DNA of 45,259 nt from a virus (Duplodnaviria > Heunggongvirae > Uroviricota > Caudoviricetes), in the IMG/VR virus record IMGVR_UViG_2734482549_000013; one strand, written 5' to 3'. Positions 28,007 through 39,220 of this stretch are shown here, piece after piece (within the stretch, counting starts at the first letter, position 1; the number at the start of each line of letters is the position of its first letter). The notes under the pieces are model-generated. The model did not search any database. It was not told the DNA's origin and worked only from the letters and a program-made list of their open reading frames with translations. The translations under genes and the position numbers were made by a program.

Positions 28007-29102
28007 ACGGCTGCGTGATGAATCAATTGCTCATGCAGTCTGGATATCCCGCTATAGCACTGGCGTGGCTGCCAGAATGGTGAAAATACTGAATGACAGC
28101 GATGCGGAACTTACTGCTCGCCTGCTGATAGCACTGGACAGCCTCGATCCAGGTAGTTTTACCGTTAAGCGCCTGGAGTCACTTCTGGCGAGCGTCAGAG
28201 AGGTTAACCGCACTGCTATTAACAGCATGTTTACCAGTCTCTCCGGAGAGCTGAACGAGCTGGCAATTTATGAGGCTGGTTATCAGTTAAGTCTGTTTGA
28301 TTCTATGCTACCTGATTTTGTTGCTGATGTTCACCCTCTGGTTGGTATCTCTCCTGATGCACTTTATGCCGCTGCAATGGCGCGACCATTCCAGGGACGA
28401 CTGCTCAGTGAGTGGGCCTCAGATCTTGAGGCGGATCGGCTCAGACGCATAACAAATACAGTGCGTCAGGGTTTTTTGCTGGGGGATACCAATGAGCAGA
28501 TCGCAAGAAAAATTCGGGGACATGTCAGTAAGGGATTTCAGGATGGTGCATTGCAGATGAGCCGGGCTAATGCGGCCAGCATTGCAAAAACAGCGGTTGG
28601 ACATCTTGCTGCTACTGCCCGTGAGAGTTTTGCCAGCGCGAATAATGATTTGATTAAGGGTAAGCAATGGTTATCAACGCTTGATAATCGTACTACGCCA
28701 CAATGTCGAATCAGGGATCGCCTCAAATATACGCTGAATAATAAACCTGTAGGTCACAGCGTGCCTTATTTGCAGGGGCCGGGAAAAATTCATTTCTGCT
28801 GCCGCTCAACGGAAACGTTCATTCTGAAATCAGCGAAGGAACTGGGTATTGATGTTCGCGATATTTCCCCGGCTGAGCGGGCCAGCATGGATGGCGTGGT
28901 GGCCGGAGATACAACCTACAGGGAATGGTTTTTGCGTCAGCCTTACACCAGACAAAAACAGATTGTGGGGGAAAGCCGAGCAAAGCTGATTCGGGATGGT
29001 GGTATGTCGCCAGATGAATTTTACACCGATAAAGGCGAATGGCTGACGCTGAAGCAGCTCCGTGAGCGTGATGCACAGGTATTCAGAAAAGCAGGGATTT
29101 AA
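27987..29102 (+). CDS. Head morphogenesis protein (minor head protein), 371 aa
   Basis: Position after portal with overlapping start; size typical of Mu-F/SPP1 gp7-like proteins. Confidence 0.6.
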   Translation: MMQTVNERLRDESIAHAVWISRYSTGVAARMVKILNDSDAELTARLLIALDSLDPGSFTVKRLESLLASVREVNRTAINSMFTSLSGELNELAIYEAGYQLSLFDSMLPDFVADVHPLVGISPDALYAAAMARPFQGRLLSEWASDLEADRLRRITNTVRQGFLLGDTNEQIARKIRGHVSKGFQDGALQMSRANAASIAKTAVGHLAATARESFASANNDLIKGKQWLSTLDNRTTPQCRIRDRLKYTLNNKPVGHSVPYLQGPGKIHFCCRSTETFILKSAKELGIDVRDISPAERASMDGVVAGDTTYREWFLRQPYTRQKQIVGESRAKLIRDGGMSPDEFYTDKGEWLTLKQLRERDAQVFRKAGI

Positions 29103-29206
29103 ATAAATCATTTATTACAACAGGCTACCTTCGGGTGGCCTTTTTTATTGCTGCGATCCGGATGGTGAGCAGCGTAACTGTCGGAAGACTTAAACCAGGT
29201 ACTAAT

Positions 29207-29971
29207 ATGAAACTGAAAACGGTCGAGATTAACGGAAAACAATACGCAGAAATTGATACTGCTGGCCTGCCAGTTTATGTGCACGACGATGGTAAAGAAA
29301 TTGGCTTCGATGCACCGCTGGCGACAAAAAAAATTACAGAGCTTAATGGCGAGGCAAAAAATCATCGCCTGGCTAAAGAAGCTGCAGAGGAAAAACTGGC
29401 TAAGTTTGCCGCTATCGAAGACCCGAAGAAGGCGATCGAGGCACTGGAAATGCTGTCAAAAATCGACCAGAAAAAGCTGCTCGATGCGGGACAGGTTGAC
29501 CAGGTTAAGGCAGAAATTACGAAAAATTTTCAGCAGCAATTAGATGAAGAAAAGCAACGCTCTCAGATGCTGGAGAAGCAGCTTTACGATTCTATGATTG
29601 GCGGTAGTTTTGCGGGTTCAAAATATATTGCCGATAAAATTGCGATCCCGGCAGATTTATTACAAGCCCGCTTCGGGCAGGCATTCAAAGTGGAAGAAGG
29701 GAGGATCGTTGCTTATGACGCTTCCGGCAACAAAATTTATTCCCGCGCGAAGCCTGGCGAACTGGCGCAGTTTGATGAGGCGCTGGAGTTCCTTGTCGAA
29801 AATTACCCTCAGAAAGACTACATCCTGAAAGCCAGTGGCAACAATGGCGGCGGCTCCCGTCCGACACAGCATGATATTGGTCAGAAAACGATGAAACGCT
29901 CTGCTTTTGATGCACTGGATGTTGCAGGTAAGCAAAACGCATTGAAAGACGGTATCACAATCGTTGATTAA
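29207..29971 (+). CDS. Candidate scaffolding protein, 254 aa from MKLKTVEING
   Basis: Charged, helix-rich ORF between head morphogenesis and major capsid genes. Confidence 0.5.
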   Translation: MKLKTVEINGKQYAEIDTAGLPVYVHDDGKEIGFDAPLATKKITELNGEAKNHRLAKEAAEEKLAKFAAIEDPKKAIEALEMLSKIDQKKLLDAGQVDQVKAEITKNFQQQLDEEKQRSQMLEKQLYDSMIGGSFAGSKYIADKIAIPADLLQARFGQAFKVEEGRIVAYDASGNKIYSRAKPGELAQFDEALEFLVENYPQKDYILKASGNNGGGSRPTQHDIGQKTMKRSAFDALDVAGKQNALKDGITIVD

Positions 29972-30069
29972 CACATTTGTCAGCTTCCGGATGGGAGCTG
30001 GTGTCAGGGCTGGATAGCTCATTACTCCATCTATTCACAATTACGCAAATTTTTAAGGAATATTTAATT

Positions 30070-31209
30070 ATGGCTGGAAATACCCTGACCGGGTTGATCC
30101 CGACTATTTATACCGCCCTGGATGTTGTATCCCGTGAGCAGGTAGGTTTTATCCCTGCGGTAGCAAAAAACGCAAAAGCTGACGCCGCAGCAAAAGATCA
30201 GACGGTAACCGCGCCAGTTGCGCCTGAGGCGAAAACCGAAGATATCGTACCGGGGCCGTCAGCTCCGAATACCGGTGATCAAAATATTGGCACTGTTGAT
30301 GTAAAAATTACTAAATCCAAAATGGCACCGGTTAAATGGAATGGTGAAGAACAACTGGCTCTTGGCCCTTCAGGGACTTACAACACCATTCTGGCTGATC
30401 AGTTCAAGCAGGCTTTTCGCGCCCTTGCAAACGAGGTTGAGGCTGATCTTGGTGCGTTGTATTTCGGTGCTTCCCGCGCCGTGGGAACCGCAGGGACAAC
30501 GCCGTTTGGTGTTAAAGATGATCTTTCTGATGCTGCTCTGGCTCGTCAGGTTCTGGAGGATAACGGCGCACCGACAACCGATCTGCAGATGGTGCTTGGC
30601 TCCACTGCCATTGCTAATTTGCGCGGAAAACAGTCTGTATTGTTTAAAGTGAATGAATCCGGCACTGAACAGCTACTGCGTGAGGGCGTGTTGGGGCGTC
30701 TGGAGGGATTCAATATTCACAGTTCGGCAGGTGTGAAACGAGCGCCAAAGGTTGCTGCAACTGGTTATCTCGTGAATGGAGAGAAAAAAGAAGGCGATGT
30801 TCTTATTTCCATTGATACTGGTTCGGGGAGTATTTCTGCAGGTCAGATTGTTACGTTCGCTGGTGATCCGAATCAGTATGTTGTGGCAGCAGCGACCAGC
30901 AATCTGATTACTCTTGCAGCGCCCGGACTGCGTCAGGATCTGGCCGATGATACTGCCATCACAGTTGTTGGGGCCTTTACTGCAAATATGGCGTTTGATC
31001 GCAACGCGTTTCTGCTGGCATCCCGTACTCCGGCAATGCCGGAAGGTGGCGATAATGCTGATGATGTAATGAATGTTACGGACCCGATTTCAGGGATTAC
31101 GTTCCAGATTGCACTGTATCGTCAGTATCGCCAGGTGCGCTATGAAGTTGGACTGGCATGGGGTGTTTCATCAGTGAAGCCGGCACATGGTTGTCTGATT
31201 CTTGGTTAA
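30070..31209 (+). CDS. Major capsid protein, 379 aa from MAGNTLTGLI
   Basis: Position, size, and a strong terminator hairpin immediately downstream. Confidence 0.7.
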   Translation: MAGNTLTGLIPTIYTALDVVSREQVGFIPAVAKNAKADAAAKDQTVTAPVAPEAKTEDIVPGPSAPNTGDQNIGTVDVKITKSKMAPVKWNGEEQLALGPSGTYNTILADQFKQAFRALANEVEADLGALYFGASRAVGTAGTTPFGVKDDLSDAALARQVLEDNGAPTTDLQMVLGSTAIANLRGKQSVLFKVNESGTEQLLREGVLGRLEGFNIHSSAGVKRAPKVAATGYLVNGEKKEGDVLISIDTGSGSISAGQIVTFAGDPNQYVVAAATSNLITLAAPGLRQDLADDTAITVVGAFTANMAFDRNAFLLASRTPAMPEGGDNADDVMNVTDPISGITFQIALYRQYRQVRYEVGLAWGVSSVKPAHGCLILG

Positions 31210-31219
31210 ACATTCAAAC

Positions 31220-31240
31220 GGGGCTTCGGCCCCATTTTTA
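31220..31240 (+). terminator. Hairpin GGGGC-TTCG-GCCCC followed by ATTTTTA, after the capsid gene
   Basis: Perfect 5-bp GC stem with UUCG tetraloop and T-run read directly. Confidence 0.6.
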
Positions 31241-31251
31241 ATGGGGGGCAT

Positions 31252-31428
31252 ATGGCCGGATTAACTAAAGAGCAAAGAGCACAGCGTGAAGCCGCACAAA
31301 AAACGCAAATTGAGTTAGTGGTTATGGTGACCGATTATCAGATGTTTCCCGGCGCACCAACTATCGCTAATGTTCATCCTGATGAAGTTGACAACTGGAA
31401 GGCTATGGGCTGGAAAACTCAGGAGTAA
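31252..31428 (+). CDS. Possible small head-associated protein, 58 aa (MAGLTKEQRAQREAAQKTQIELVVMVTDYQMFPGAPTIANVHPDEVDNWKAMGWKTQE)
   Basis: Manual translation; fills the gap between capsid and head-tail genes; under the 60-aa track cutoff. Confidence 0.35.
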   Translation: MAGLTKEQRAQREAAQKTQIELVVMVTDYQMFPGAPTIANVHPDEVDNWKAMGWKTQE

Positions 31429-31431
31429 CAC

Positions 31432-31827
31432 ATGATCACTTACGTGACCTGTGATGACGTTGATAATGCGTTTGGGAACGCCTGGACGAGTGAGAACGCT
31501 AAAAATAAAGCTGTTTTAATGGCTAATGCCTGGCTTAATGGCTTCAACCTGAAAATTAACCCATCCCGTATTCCGGAAGAGGTAAAACTTGCGGGAGCAT
31601 ATGCAGCCAGAATTGCCTCATTCGGTAAGTTGTTTCAGCAGAAAAATGATTCTGGCGTTGTTATCAGTAAAGCCGTGTCGGCTGACGGGGTCAGTGTATC
31701 GAAATCATTTTCTGAGTTGCCAGCAAACAGCACTGCATTGCTTGAACCCGATTTACAGCTTGCGATAGCACTGCTGAAACCGTACGGACTTAGTCGCTCA
31801 CAAGTCAGGGTTGTGAGGGGGGGATAA
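31432..31827 (+). CDS. Head-tail connector / head completion protein, 131 aa
   Basis: Tightly packed series of four approximately 130-aa ORFs between capsid and major tail genes. Confidence 0.5.
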   Translation: MITYVTCDDVDNAFGNAWTSENAKNKAVLMANAWLNGFNLKINPSRIPEEVKLAGAYAARIASFGKLFQQKNDSGVVISKAVSADGVSVSKSFSELPANSTALLEPDLQLAIALLKPYGLSRSQVRVVRGG

Positions 31828-32210
31828 TGGGGCTTCGTGAAGAGATTCAGTCAGAGGTTGCCGCTGCTTTTGATGAGGATTTAGCGGACGCCGTGAGTGA
31901 TTTTTCTGGTTCTTACGTTACGCACCGGCACTGGGATCCTGTGACGGAAACTGGCGGCGAATCCACCGCAATCTATACCGGGCGAGGCGTGTTGACACGT
32001 TATAAGCTGGGCAGAATTGATGGGATTAATATTTTGCATGGTGACCTTAAATTAACCGCTCTGGTATGCGAGGTTACGGATAAACCAGCTGTCGACCATA
32101 TTATTGAGATTTATGATCCTGTATCAAGGCAGTTACAACGATACGAGGTAATTACAGCAAGTGTAGATCCTTCCGCATCAGTTTACTCTATCCAGTTAAG
32201 GAGAGCGTAA
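31827..32210 (+). CDS. Head-tail joining protein, 127 aa
   Basis: Start overlaps upstream stop (ATAATGG); position. Confidence 0.5.
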   Translation: MGLREEIQSEVAAAFDEDLADAVSDFSGSYVTHRHWDPVTETGGESTAIYTGRGVLTRYKLGRIDGINILHGDLKLTALVCEVTDKPAVDHIIEIYDPVSRQLQRYEVITASVDPSASVYSIQLRRA

Positions 32211-32591
32211 ATGGCAAAGGCATGGGATATAGAACCGTCAATATTTGCCGGGATGATTGAGGAAGATGTAGGGCTGAAGATTCGCTACATCGCTATGCAG
32301 ATTCTTACTGCTATTGATATTGCTGCTCCGGTTGATACCGGACGTTTCAGAAATAACAACCTGGTGTCGTTACAGCATCCCGATTTTGGTATATCTGATA
32401 ACGTGGATCCGAACGGTACGATTGCTGTTCAGCGTGGGATCGGGGTTATTTCGAAAGCTGCAAATTACGGGGTTATTTATATCCAGAATAACCTTCCTTA
32501 TGCAGAGGCTCTTGAAAACGGTCATTCACAACAAGCGCCAACTGGCGTGTATGCCAACGCTTTTCATGGTGTTTTACAGGCTTACAAATGA
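32211..32591 (+). CDS. Head-tail joining / tail completion protein, 126 aa
   Basis: Position in the connector block. Confidence 0.5.
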   Translation: MAKAWDIEPSIFAGMIEEDVGLKIRYIAMQILTAIDIAAPVDTGRFRNNNLVSLQHPDFGISDNVDPNGTIAVQRGIGVISKAANYGVIYIQNNLPYAEALENGHSQQAPTGVYANAFHGVLQAYK

Positions 32592-32980
32592 AGTTTACTG
32601 AAATCAGAAATACGGTTATTTCCAGAATGACGGCACAGACGATTATTGATGGAAAAGACGTATTGTATCCGAACGGGCCAACGTTCGATCCTTCCGGTAA
32701 GTTAATCTGGGCGCGGTTAAGTAATATTCCCGGGCAGGCTGGAGTTAATGAAATTGGCGCGGGGCCGGTTGTTTATCGCACGGGGATAATCATTATTCAG
32801 TTATTTGTCCCCGCAGGTTCTGGTTCAAAACTCATTACTGAGACAGCCGATAAATTGCGGGAACTGTTTGAGTTTCAGGATGACGATCGTCTCAGTTACC
32901 AGGCTGTTTCCTCAATAGCCGTTGGCGAAAAGAATGGCTGGTTCCAGCTTAATCTTCAAATTCCATATCGCGCGCTCTAG
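32588..32980 (+). CDS. Tail completion / tail terminator-like protein, 130 aa
   Basis: Start overlaps upstream stop (ATGA); directly upstream of the major tail protein. Confidence 0.5.
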   Translation: MKFTEIRNTVISRMTAQTIIDGKDVLYPNGPTFDPSGKLIWARLSNIPGQAGVNEIGAGPVVYRTGIIIIQLFVPAGSGSKLITETADKLRELFEFQDDDRLSYQAVSSIAVGEKNGWFQLNLQIPYRAL

Positions 32981-33006
32981 CGCAATTAATGACATAGGAG
33001 GCTCCT

Positions 33007-33969
33007 GTGAGTTCAGGTGCAAAGGTTATCTCGGCATTTATCCGGGAGACGGTTGCAGGCACTACGCCAGCAAGTGGTGACTGGAGTTTATTAAAACGCA
33101 CAAGCTGGGGAGTAAAACCCACCCAGAATAAAGGCGAAAATAATGAGATTGGTGGCTCCCGGATGGCTCAGGGGGCGACGCCTGGCACTGTGGATGTCGG
33201 CGGTGATGTTGGTACCAAATTTCGCTGGGGTCAACATGATGATTTTCTTGCATCCTGTTTCGGCGCGGAATGGTCAGGCGATTCTCTGACAATGGGGAAT
33301 GAGCGAATAACATTTTCTCTGGCGACCTATGCGTCCGATGTCGGAATTGCCTCTGTCGTCAGAGGAGCGCAGGTTGGCTCATGGAAAATGCAGATCCCTA
33401 ACGACGGCGATATTACAGCGACCGTAACCTTTGCCGGACTGGACTGGGAATCAAAGGCCGATGATACGAATTTTATCAAAGGCGAACCTGTGGATAGTGC
33501 AGGAAAGCTACGTTATTCGTTTAAGGAGGTTTCAGCAGTAAGCCTGAATGGTGTTGCCGGAGGTAACGGTTTTTGTATCGACAGTTTTGATATTCAGTTC
33601 GATAACAAACTCCAGACACAGCGTTGTATCGGGACTGGCTCGCCTTATGCAGGAGCAAATATTCCGACTACTTTTACACCGTCCGGTACGGTGACGCTTT
33701 CATGGTCTAAAGCCGCGTGGGAAATCTGGAGTAAAACACTGACTGGAGAAACAGTTCCGTTCAGCTTCACGCTTTCGAATGGAGAGGGGGCATACACTTT
33801 CAGTTTCCCGAAGGTTCAGGTGTCAGGTGAATGGCCTGATGGGGGTAATAGCGACATTATCCAGGTTCAATTGAGCATTACCGCAGCAGATGAAGCACCT
33901 ACGATAACCAGAAAAAAAAATTCCCCGGCTGCCGTGATCGCAAAAGCCAGTGCTGAGGCGATTAGTTGA
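33007..33969 (+). CDS. Major tail tube protein, 320 aa, GTG start
   Basis: AGGAGG Shine-Dalgarno at 32994-32999; position upstream of the G/GT chaperone pair. Confidence 0.65.
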   Translation: MSSGAKVISAFIRETVAGTTPASGDWSLLKRTSWGVKPTQNKGENNEIGGSRMAQGATPGTVDVGGDVGTKFRWGQHDDFLASCFGAEWSGDSLTMGNERITFSLATYASDVGIASVVRGAQVGSWKMQIPNDGDITATVTFAGLDWESKADDTNFIKGEPVDSAGKLRYSFKEVSAVSLNGVAGGNGFCIDSFDIQFDNKLQTQRCIGTGSPYAGANIPTTFTPSGTVTLSWSKAAWEIWSKTLTGETVPFSFTLSNGEGAYTFSFPKVQVSGEWPDGGNSDIIQVQLSITAADEAPTITRKKNSPAAVIAKASAEAIS

Positions 33970-34017
33970 TTTTCCGTTATTCCTCCTGTGGTACTGCCCT
34001 ACAGGGGGACGCATTGA

Positions 34018-34479
34018 ATGAGGTTATGGATGTTTATTCTTAATCAGAAAATTATCATTGGTGGAGAACGCTGGTTTACGCCAATGAAGGACTTAAAACC
34101 TGTAGACGGGTTAAAACTGTTGGTGGCAAGCAGCGATAACGATCAGTATCGCTCCCGTAATGCATTAATCCGTCGCCACATTGAGAAAATGGATGCCAGT
34201 TTGCACGTCGGAACGAAGGAGTTTGATATTTCAAAGGTTTCCGAGGTGGATTCTGTTGATGATTTACTCATTGATAATGCCGCTCGTTATCTGCTGAAAG
34301 ACTGGAAAGGGGTTGGTGAACTGGTTAATGGTGTTGAGGTTGCACTGGAATATACGGCAGAACGAGGGATCGCGCTGCTTAAGCAGAATCCAGAGTTGTA
34401 CTGGCAGATCCTTGCAGAAGCAGCCAGCATCGCCCAGGGTAAAGAGCAGCAGAAGCAGGATACGATAAAAAAGCCATAG
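34018..34479 (+). CDS. Tail assembly chaperone G, 153 aa
   Basis: Position between major tail and tape measure genes; ends with slippery site A-AAA-AAG then CCA TAG. Confidence 0.7.
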   Translation: MRLWMFILNQKIIIGGERWFTPMKDLKPVDGLKLLVASSDNDQYRSRNALIRRHIEKMDASLHVGTKEFDISKVSEVDSVDDLLIDNAARYLLKDWKGVGELVNGVEVALEYTAERGIALLKQNPELYWQILAEAASIAQGKEQQKQDTIKKP

Positions 34480-34787
34480 CTGCCCAGCGGTGGTTATCGG
34501 AGTTCGGGGGAGAAAGGGGGGAAAAGGCAAGATGGAAGCGAGAAAAACTCAGGTTGCCACCGATACCGGAACCAGAAATAGACCCGGTGCTTAAGGAGTT
34601 GTTGTACGCCTATTCGGTAATATCCCGTGCCCGACGTTATGCTGGAATGGCTGGGGTGCCTTTGCCTTTATCTCTGACAGAGATAAATGAATATTTAGCC
34701 ACTCATCCGGTATTGATTGAGCGCGATGAATTTGAAGCAGTGATCTTTGCACTGGATGACCAGTATTTTCAGGAGCAGTGTGTGTAG
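34473..34787 (+). CDS. T-portion of the GT fusion made by programmed -1 ribosomal frameshift at A-AAA-AAG (34467-34473)
   Basis: The -1 frame is open from the slippery heptamer through 34787 with no stop; the downstream frame has no good independent ATG (track start at 34554 is TTG). Confidence 0.65.
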   Translation, partial: AIAAQRWLSEFGGERGEKARWKREKLRLPPIPEPEIDPVLKELLYAYSVISRARRYAGMAGVPLPLSLTEINEYLATHPVLIERDEFEAVIFALDDQYFQEQCV

Positions 34788-34952
34788 TTGTTAATTACGT
34801 ACACTCTGTTACAGAGATGTGATGGTGTCTTTAATTAAATCGATGATGCTCCTGGAGAAAAGCATTGCGTGGCCTCGTAATCGCTATATCTACTATTATG
34901 TCGCCTGAAACCCACTTCGCGGTGGGTTTTTTGTTGTCAGGAGTTTTAATAA

Positions 34953-37900
34953 ATGGCAGAGCAAACCTCGCGTCTCGCAATAATTATTGATAGCACTGGA
35001 GCGAAAAATAATGCTGACAATCTGACCTCCTCATTAGTCAAAATGACGCAGGCTGGGGAAACTGCTGCAAATAGCGCAGGGAAAGTGACTAAGGCAACAG
35101 AAGATGAGAAGAACGCGCTCGCAAAATTAAAAGCAGCTATTGATCCAGTTGGTGCCGCAATTGATACTGTCGGTCGACGCTATTCTGAATTAAAGAAATT
35201 TTTCGATAAAGGGCTTATTGATAAAGAAGAATATGAATTTCTTGTCCGTAAACTTAATGAAACCACAGAGGAATTGAGCGGGGTTGCGCAAGCGCAGAGA
35301 GAAGCCGAGAAGGCCGGAAAACTTGCTGCCGCCCAGCAGGAAGCGCAGGCTCAGGCCTTTCAAAGAATGCTGGACAAGATCGACCCTCTGGCTGCGGCGC
35401 TAAGAAATCTTGAACAACAGCATGATGAACTTAATGCTGCGTTTGCATCCGGGAAAATAAATGGTTCTCAGTTTGAGAATTATAGCCGAAAAATACAGGA
35501 AACACGGCGAGAGCTTACCGGAGAGGCTCAGGCAGAGCGAGAAGCAGCAAAAGCGCATGATGAACAGGTTGTTGCTTTGCAACGTCTGATTGCTCAACTT
35601 GATCCTGTCGGAACTGCTTTTAATCGTCTGGTAGAACAACAGAAACAGCTCAATGAAGCAAAAGCTAAGGGGATGCTTTCTCCTGAAATGTATGAGGAGC
35701 TTTCTGGAAAACTTCGTGCTATGCGGAGTGAGCTTGAGGTTACTCAATCACAATTAAGCAAAACCGGAATGTCGGCAAAACAAACGGCTTTTGCTATGCG
35801 CATGTTGCCTGTACAAATGACGGATATTGTTGTTGGGTTGTCCACTGGTCAGTCGCCATTTATGGTGTTAATGCAGCAGGGCGGCCAGCTAAAAGATATG
35901 TTCGGTGGGATTGGCCCGGCGATCAAAGGTGTAGGTTCTTATGTGCTGGGATTAATTAATCCTTTTACCCTGGCCGCAGCAGCCGTTGGGGTCTTAGGAC
36001 TGGCTTACTATAAAGGCTCTCAGGAGCAGGACGAATTTAATAAATCTCTTATTCTTACCGGAAATCAGTTGGGGACAACCAGCGGGCAATTGGGCGATAT
36101 AGCTCAACGTGCCGGGAATGCGGCTGATTCGACAACTGGTGCTGCGGCGGCAGTATTAAATCAGCTTGTGCGTTCGGGAAAGGTAGCGAGCAGTTCGCTG
36201 GAGCAAGTGACGACAGCGATAGTAAAAACGAGCGAAGTAACAGGAATATCAACCGAACAACTGGTTAATGACTTCAATGAAATTGCAAAGGATCCTGTCA
36301 GTGCCATATCAAAACTTAATGATCAGTACCATTTTCTGACACTTGCGACTTATAACCAGATTAAGGCGCTACAGGATGAAGGGAACCAGCAGGAGGCCGC
36401 CCGCATTGCGACAGAAGAATACTCATCCTCAATGATCCAGCGCACCAACCAGATTAAAGAAAATCTTGGTTATCTTGAGACTGCATGGAAAGCTGTCGCA
36501 GACTCCGCAAAATGGGCATGGGATTCCATGCTGGATATTGGCCGTGAGGCCTCCCTTGATCAAAAAATCTCAGATGTTCTCCGTCAAATTGATGAAATAG
36601 AAAAAAATACCCGACCCGGAGTTTTCGGGTTAGGTGGCATTGGAGATGGCGGAGCTCAAAATAAAAGGCTGGCACGATTAAAGCAGCAATTGGGCGTACT
36701 TCAAGCAGAAAAAATTGCTCAGGACGTACTAAATTCATCAATAAACGATTACAACAAGCGACAACAGGAAGGAATTGAACTCAGACAGAGAGCAGATGCC
36801 TTTTCAAAACAATATCAGACCCGGGAGCAGCAGAGAGCTAGTGAACTTGCAAAACTGGAAAAGCTAAAGAATCAGTATTCAAAGGAAGAATATAATAATC
36901 TTATCGCTCAAATAAATGAGCGTTATAAAGATCCAAAGCAACCAAAGGCGAAAGGTTATTCTGATGATGCAGCCCAACGAATGATTGATCATCTGAATCA
37001 ACAGAATGCGTTACTAAGTTCACAAGCTGAGTTGACCGTTAAATTAAGTTCCTCTGAACAGGAACTGGTTAAGTGGCGTCAGCGGATTGCCGACCTAGAG
37101 TCACGACCATCATCGAAATTAACCCAGGATCAGAAATCGCTTCTCTTACACCGGGAAGAAATAACCACGTTGATGGAGAAAAATGTTGCGATTGAAAAAA
37201 ATAACAGGCTAATCAAGGAATCCGCCGAAATAACAGCATGGCGTGATTCATTGCAGGCTTCGATTGATAATCGTCAGCAGGGGTATGATATTCAGATTGC
37301 TGGTTATGGGGTTGGCGATAAAAATCAGCAACGCCAGCAGGAATTACTGCGGATTGAACATGGATATAACAATCAGCGTCTGCAACTTGAACGTGACTAT
37401 GCAGATAAATCCCGTGGAATGTCAGATCATGTTTTTCAAGAGAAAATGCAGGCTCTGAATGATGCTCTGGAACGGGAAAAAGAAATTGTCAGACAGAAAA
37501 ACGAGCAGCTCGATATTCAGGCAGGAGACTGGGTTAGTGGTGCCTCCCAGGGATTCAATAACTGGCTGGATGACACTAAGGATATCAGTGAGCAGATAAA
37601 ATCAACCACGACTCAGATGTTTGATGGGATGACCGATGCGCTGGGTGATTTTGTCACGACAGGCAAGGCAAATTTTCGTTCTTTCGCTACTTCCGTGATT
37701 TCGGATCTTAGTCGAATAGCATTAAAGGCTTCAATTACTGGGATTTTCGACAGCATTAGTAACAGTTCTTCTGGGGGGATTTTAGGAACTATCGGGAGTG
37801 CTATTAGTAAATTTATTCCGAATGCAAAGGGCGGTGTTTATGAGTCTCCGTCATTGAGCACGTATTCGAACGGTATTTATGATTCCCCGCAATTTTTTGC

Positions 37901-38186
37901 TTTTGCAAAAGGGGCTGGTGTTTTTGGTGAGGCTGGACCGGAAGCCATTATGCCATTAACACGAACTTCCGATGGTTCTCTTGGTGTCAGAGCTATTAAT
38001 AGTAAAAGTGGTAATGGAGGCGGAGATATTACCTATGCCCCTGTATACCAAATCACTATTCAAAATGACGGCCAGAATGGAGAGATTGGCCCTCAGGCAA
38101 TAAAAGCACTTATGGGGATGGTTGATCAGCGGGTGCAGGGCAATCTGTTAAATATGCGACGTGATGGGGGAATGTTAAGTGGCTAA
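34953..38186 (+). CDS. Tail tape measure protein, 1077 aa
   Basis: Very long coiled-coil-rich ORF between the GT chaperone and gpM-like gene. Confidence 0.85.
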   Translation: MAEQTSRLAIIIDSTGAKNNADNLTSSLVKMTQAGETAANSAGKVTKATEDEKNALAKLKAAIDPVGAAIDTVGRRYSELKKFFDKGLIDKEEYEFLVRKLNETTEELSGVAQAQREAEKAGKLAAAQQEAQAQAFQRMLDKIDPLAAALRNLEQQHDELNAAFASGKINGSQFENYSRKIQETRRELTGEAQAEREAAKAHDEQVVALQRLIAQLDPVGTAFNRLVEQQKQLNEAKAKGMLSPEMYEELSGKLRAMRSELEVTQSQLSKTGMSAKQTAFAMRMLPVQMTDIVVGLSTGQSPFMVLMQQGGQLKDMFGGIGPAIKGVGSYVLGLINPFTLAAAAVGVLGLAYYKGSQEQDEFNKSLILTGNQLGTTSGQLGDIAQRAGNAADSTTGAAAAVLNQLVRSGKVASSSLEQVTTAIVKTSEVTGISTEQLVNDFNEIAKDPVSAISKLNDQYHFLTLATYNQIKALQDEGNQQEAARIATEEYSSSMIQRTNQIKENLGYLETAWKAVADSAKWAWDSMLDIGREASLDQKISDVLRQIDEIEKNTRPGVFGLGGIGDGGAQNKRLARLKQQLGVLQAEKIAQDVLNSSINDYNKRQQEGIELRQRADAFSKQYQTREQQRASELAKLEKLKNQYSKEEYNNLIAQINERYKDPKQPKAKGYSDDAAQRMIDHLNQQNALLSSQAELTVKLSSSEQELVKWRQRIADLESRPSSKLTQDQKSLLLHREEITTLMEKNVAIEKNNRLIKESAEITAWRDSLQASIDNRQQGYDIQIAGYGVGDKNQQRQQELLRIEHGYNNQRLQLERDYADKSRGMSDHVFQEKMQALNDALEREKEIVRQKNEQLDIQAGDWVSGASQGFNNWLDDTKDISEQIKSTTTQMFDGMTDALGDFVTTGKANFRSFATSVISDLSRIALKASITGIFDSISNSSSGGILGTIGSAISKFIPNAKGGVYESPSLSTYSNGIYDSPQFFAFAKGAGVFGEAGPEAIMPLTRTSDGSLGVRAINSKSGNGGGDITYAPVYQITIQNDGQNGEIGPQAIKALMGMVDQRVQGNLLNMRRDGGMLSG

Positions 38187-38517
38187 TACGGAAGAATTTC
38201 ACTGGTTACCAGAGGATGGAATGAAAACAGAAAATAAACCATCGATAAAAACTGTAAGATTTGGTGATGGTTATGAGCAACGAAGTCCAAATGGACTTAA
38301 TCATTCTCTGCGCGTTTTCACCTGTGATTTCAAAGTTGAGGCGAATGAACGTGATTCATTTGAAAAATTTTTAGCCCGGCATGAAGGCTATAAATCTTTT
38401 TTTTGGCGCCCGCCGGGTATTAACAGAAAAATCAGAGTGGTGTGTCGAACGTGGTCAGCGACAGAACATATCACCTATACCGATTTTTCGTGTCAGTTTG
38501 ACGAAGTGGTGATCTGA
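38179..38517 (+). CDS. Minor tail protein M (lambda gpM-like), 112 aa, GTG start
   Basis: Motif [12 protein letters not shown] ... KSFFWRPP resembles recalled lambda gpM (VRFGDGYSQRAP ... KSFLWTPP). Confidence 0.8.
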   Translation: MANTEEFHWLPEDGMKTENKPSIKTVRFGDGYEQRSPNGLNHSLRVFTCDFKVEANERDSFEKFLARHEGYKSFFWRPPGINRKIRVVCRTWSATEHITYTDFSCQFDEVVI

Positions 38518-39215
38518 TGCAGGACATACAACAGGAAACGCTGAATGAATGCATTCGTGCGGAGCAGTCGGCCAGCGTGGTGCTCTGGGAAATCGACCTG
38601 ACCGAGGTAGGCGGGGATCGCTACTTTTTCTGCAATGAGCAGAACGAGAAAGGAGAGTCTGTCACCTGGCAGAGTCGGCAGTATCAGGCCTATCCCATTC
38701 AGGGGAGTGGATTTGAGATGAACGGCAAAGGTGCCAGTGCAAGGCCAACGCTGAAAGTCTCTAATCTGCACGGCATGGTCACCGGGATGGCGGAAGACCT
38801 GCAGAGTCTGGTCGGCGGAACGGTGGTCAGGCGTAAGGTTTACGCCCGTTTTCTGGATGCGGTGAACTTCGTCAACGGAAACAGTGACGCCGATCCGGAG
38901 CAGGAGGTGATCAGCCGCTGGCGTATTGAGCAGTGCAGCGAACTGAGCGCGGTCAGTGCCTCCTTTGTACTGTCCACGCCGACGGAAACGGACGGCGCTG
39001 TTTTTCCGGGGCGCATCATGCTTGCTAATACCTGCACCTGGACCTATCGCGGTGATGAGTGCGGTTATCACGGTCCGGCTGTCGCGGATGAATATGACCA
39101 GCCAACGTCCGATATCACGAAGGATAAATGCAGCAAATGCCTGAGCGGTTGTAAGTTCCGCAATAACGTCGGCAACTTTGGCGGCTTCCTTTCCATTAAC
39201 AAACTTTCGCAGTAA
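38517..39215 (+). CDS. Minor tail protein L (lambda gpL-like), 232 aa
   Basis: Same length as lambda gpL; Cys cluster near C-terminus; start overlaps M stop (TGATG). Confidence 0.8.
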   Translation: MQDIQQETLNECIRAEQSASVVLWEIDLTEVGGDRYFFCNEQNEKGESVTWQSRQYQAYPIQGSGFEMNGKGASARPTLKVSNLHGMVTGMAEDLQSLVGGTVVRRKVYARFLDAVNFVNGNSDADPEQEVISRWRIEQCSELSAVSASFVLSTPTETDGAVFPGRIMLANTCTWTYRGDECGYHGPAVADEYDQPTSDITKDKCSKCLSGCKFRNNVGNFGGFLSINKLSQ

Positions 39216-39220
39216 ATCCC

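Noticed and set aside
33901-33912. A9 homopolymer near the 3' end of the major tail gene as a possible second frameshift site
   Set aside because: No extended alternative frame downstream that would give a meaningful fusion; the true G/GT slippery site is at 34467-34473
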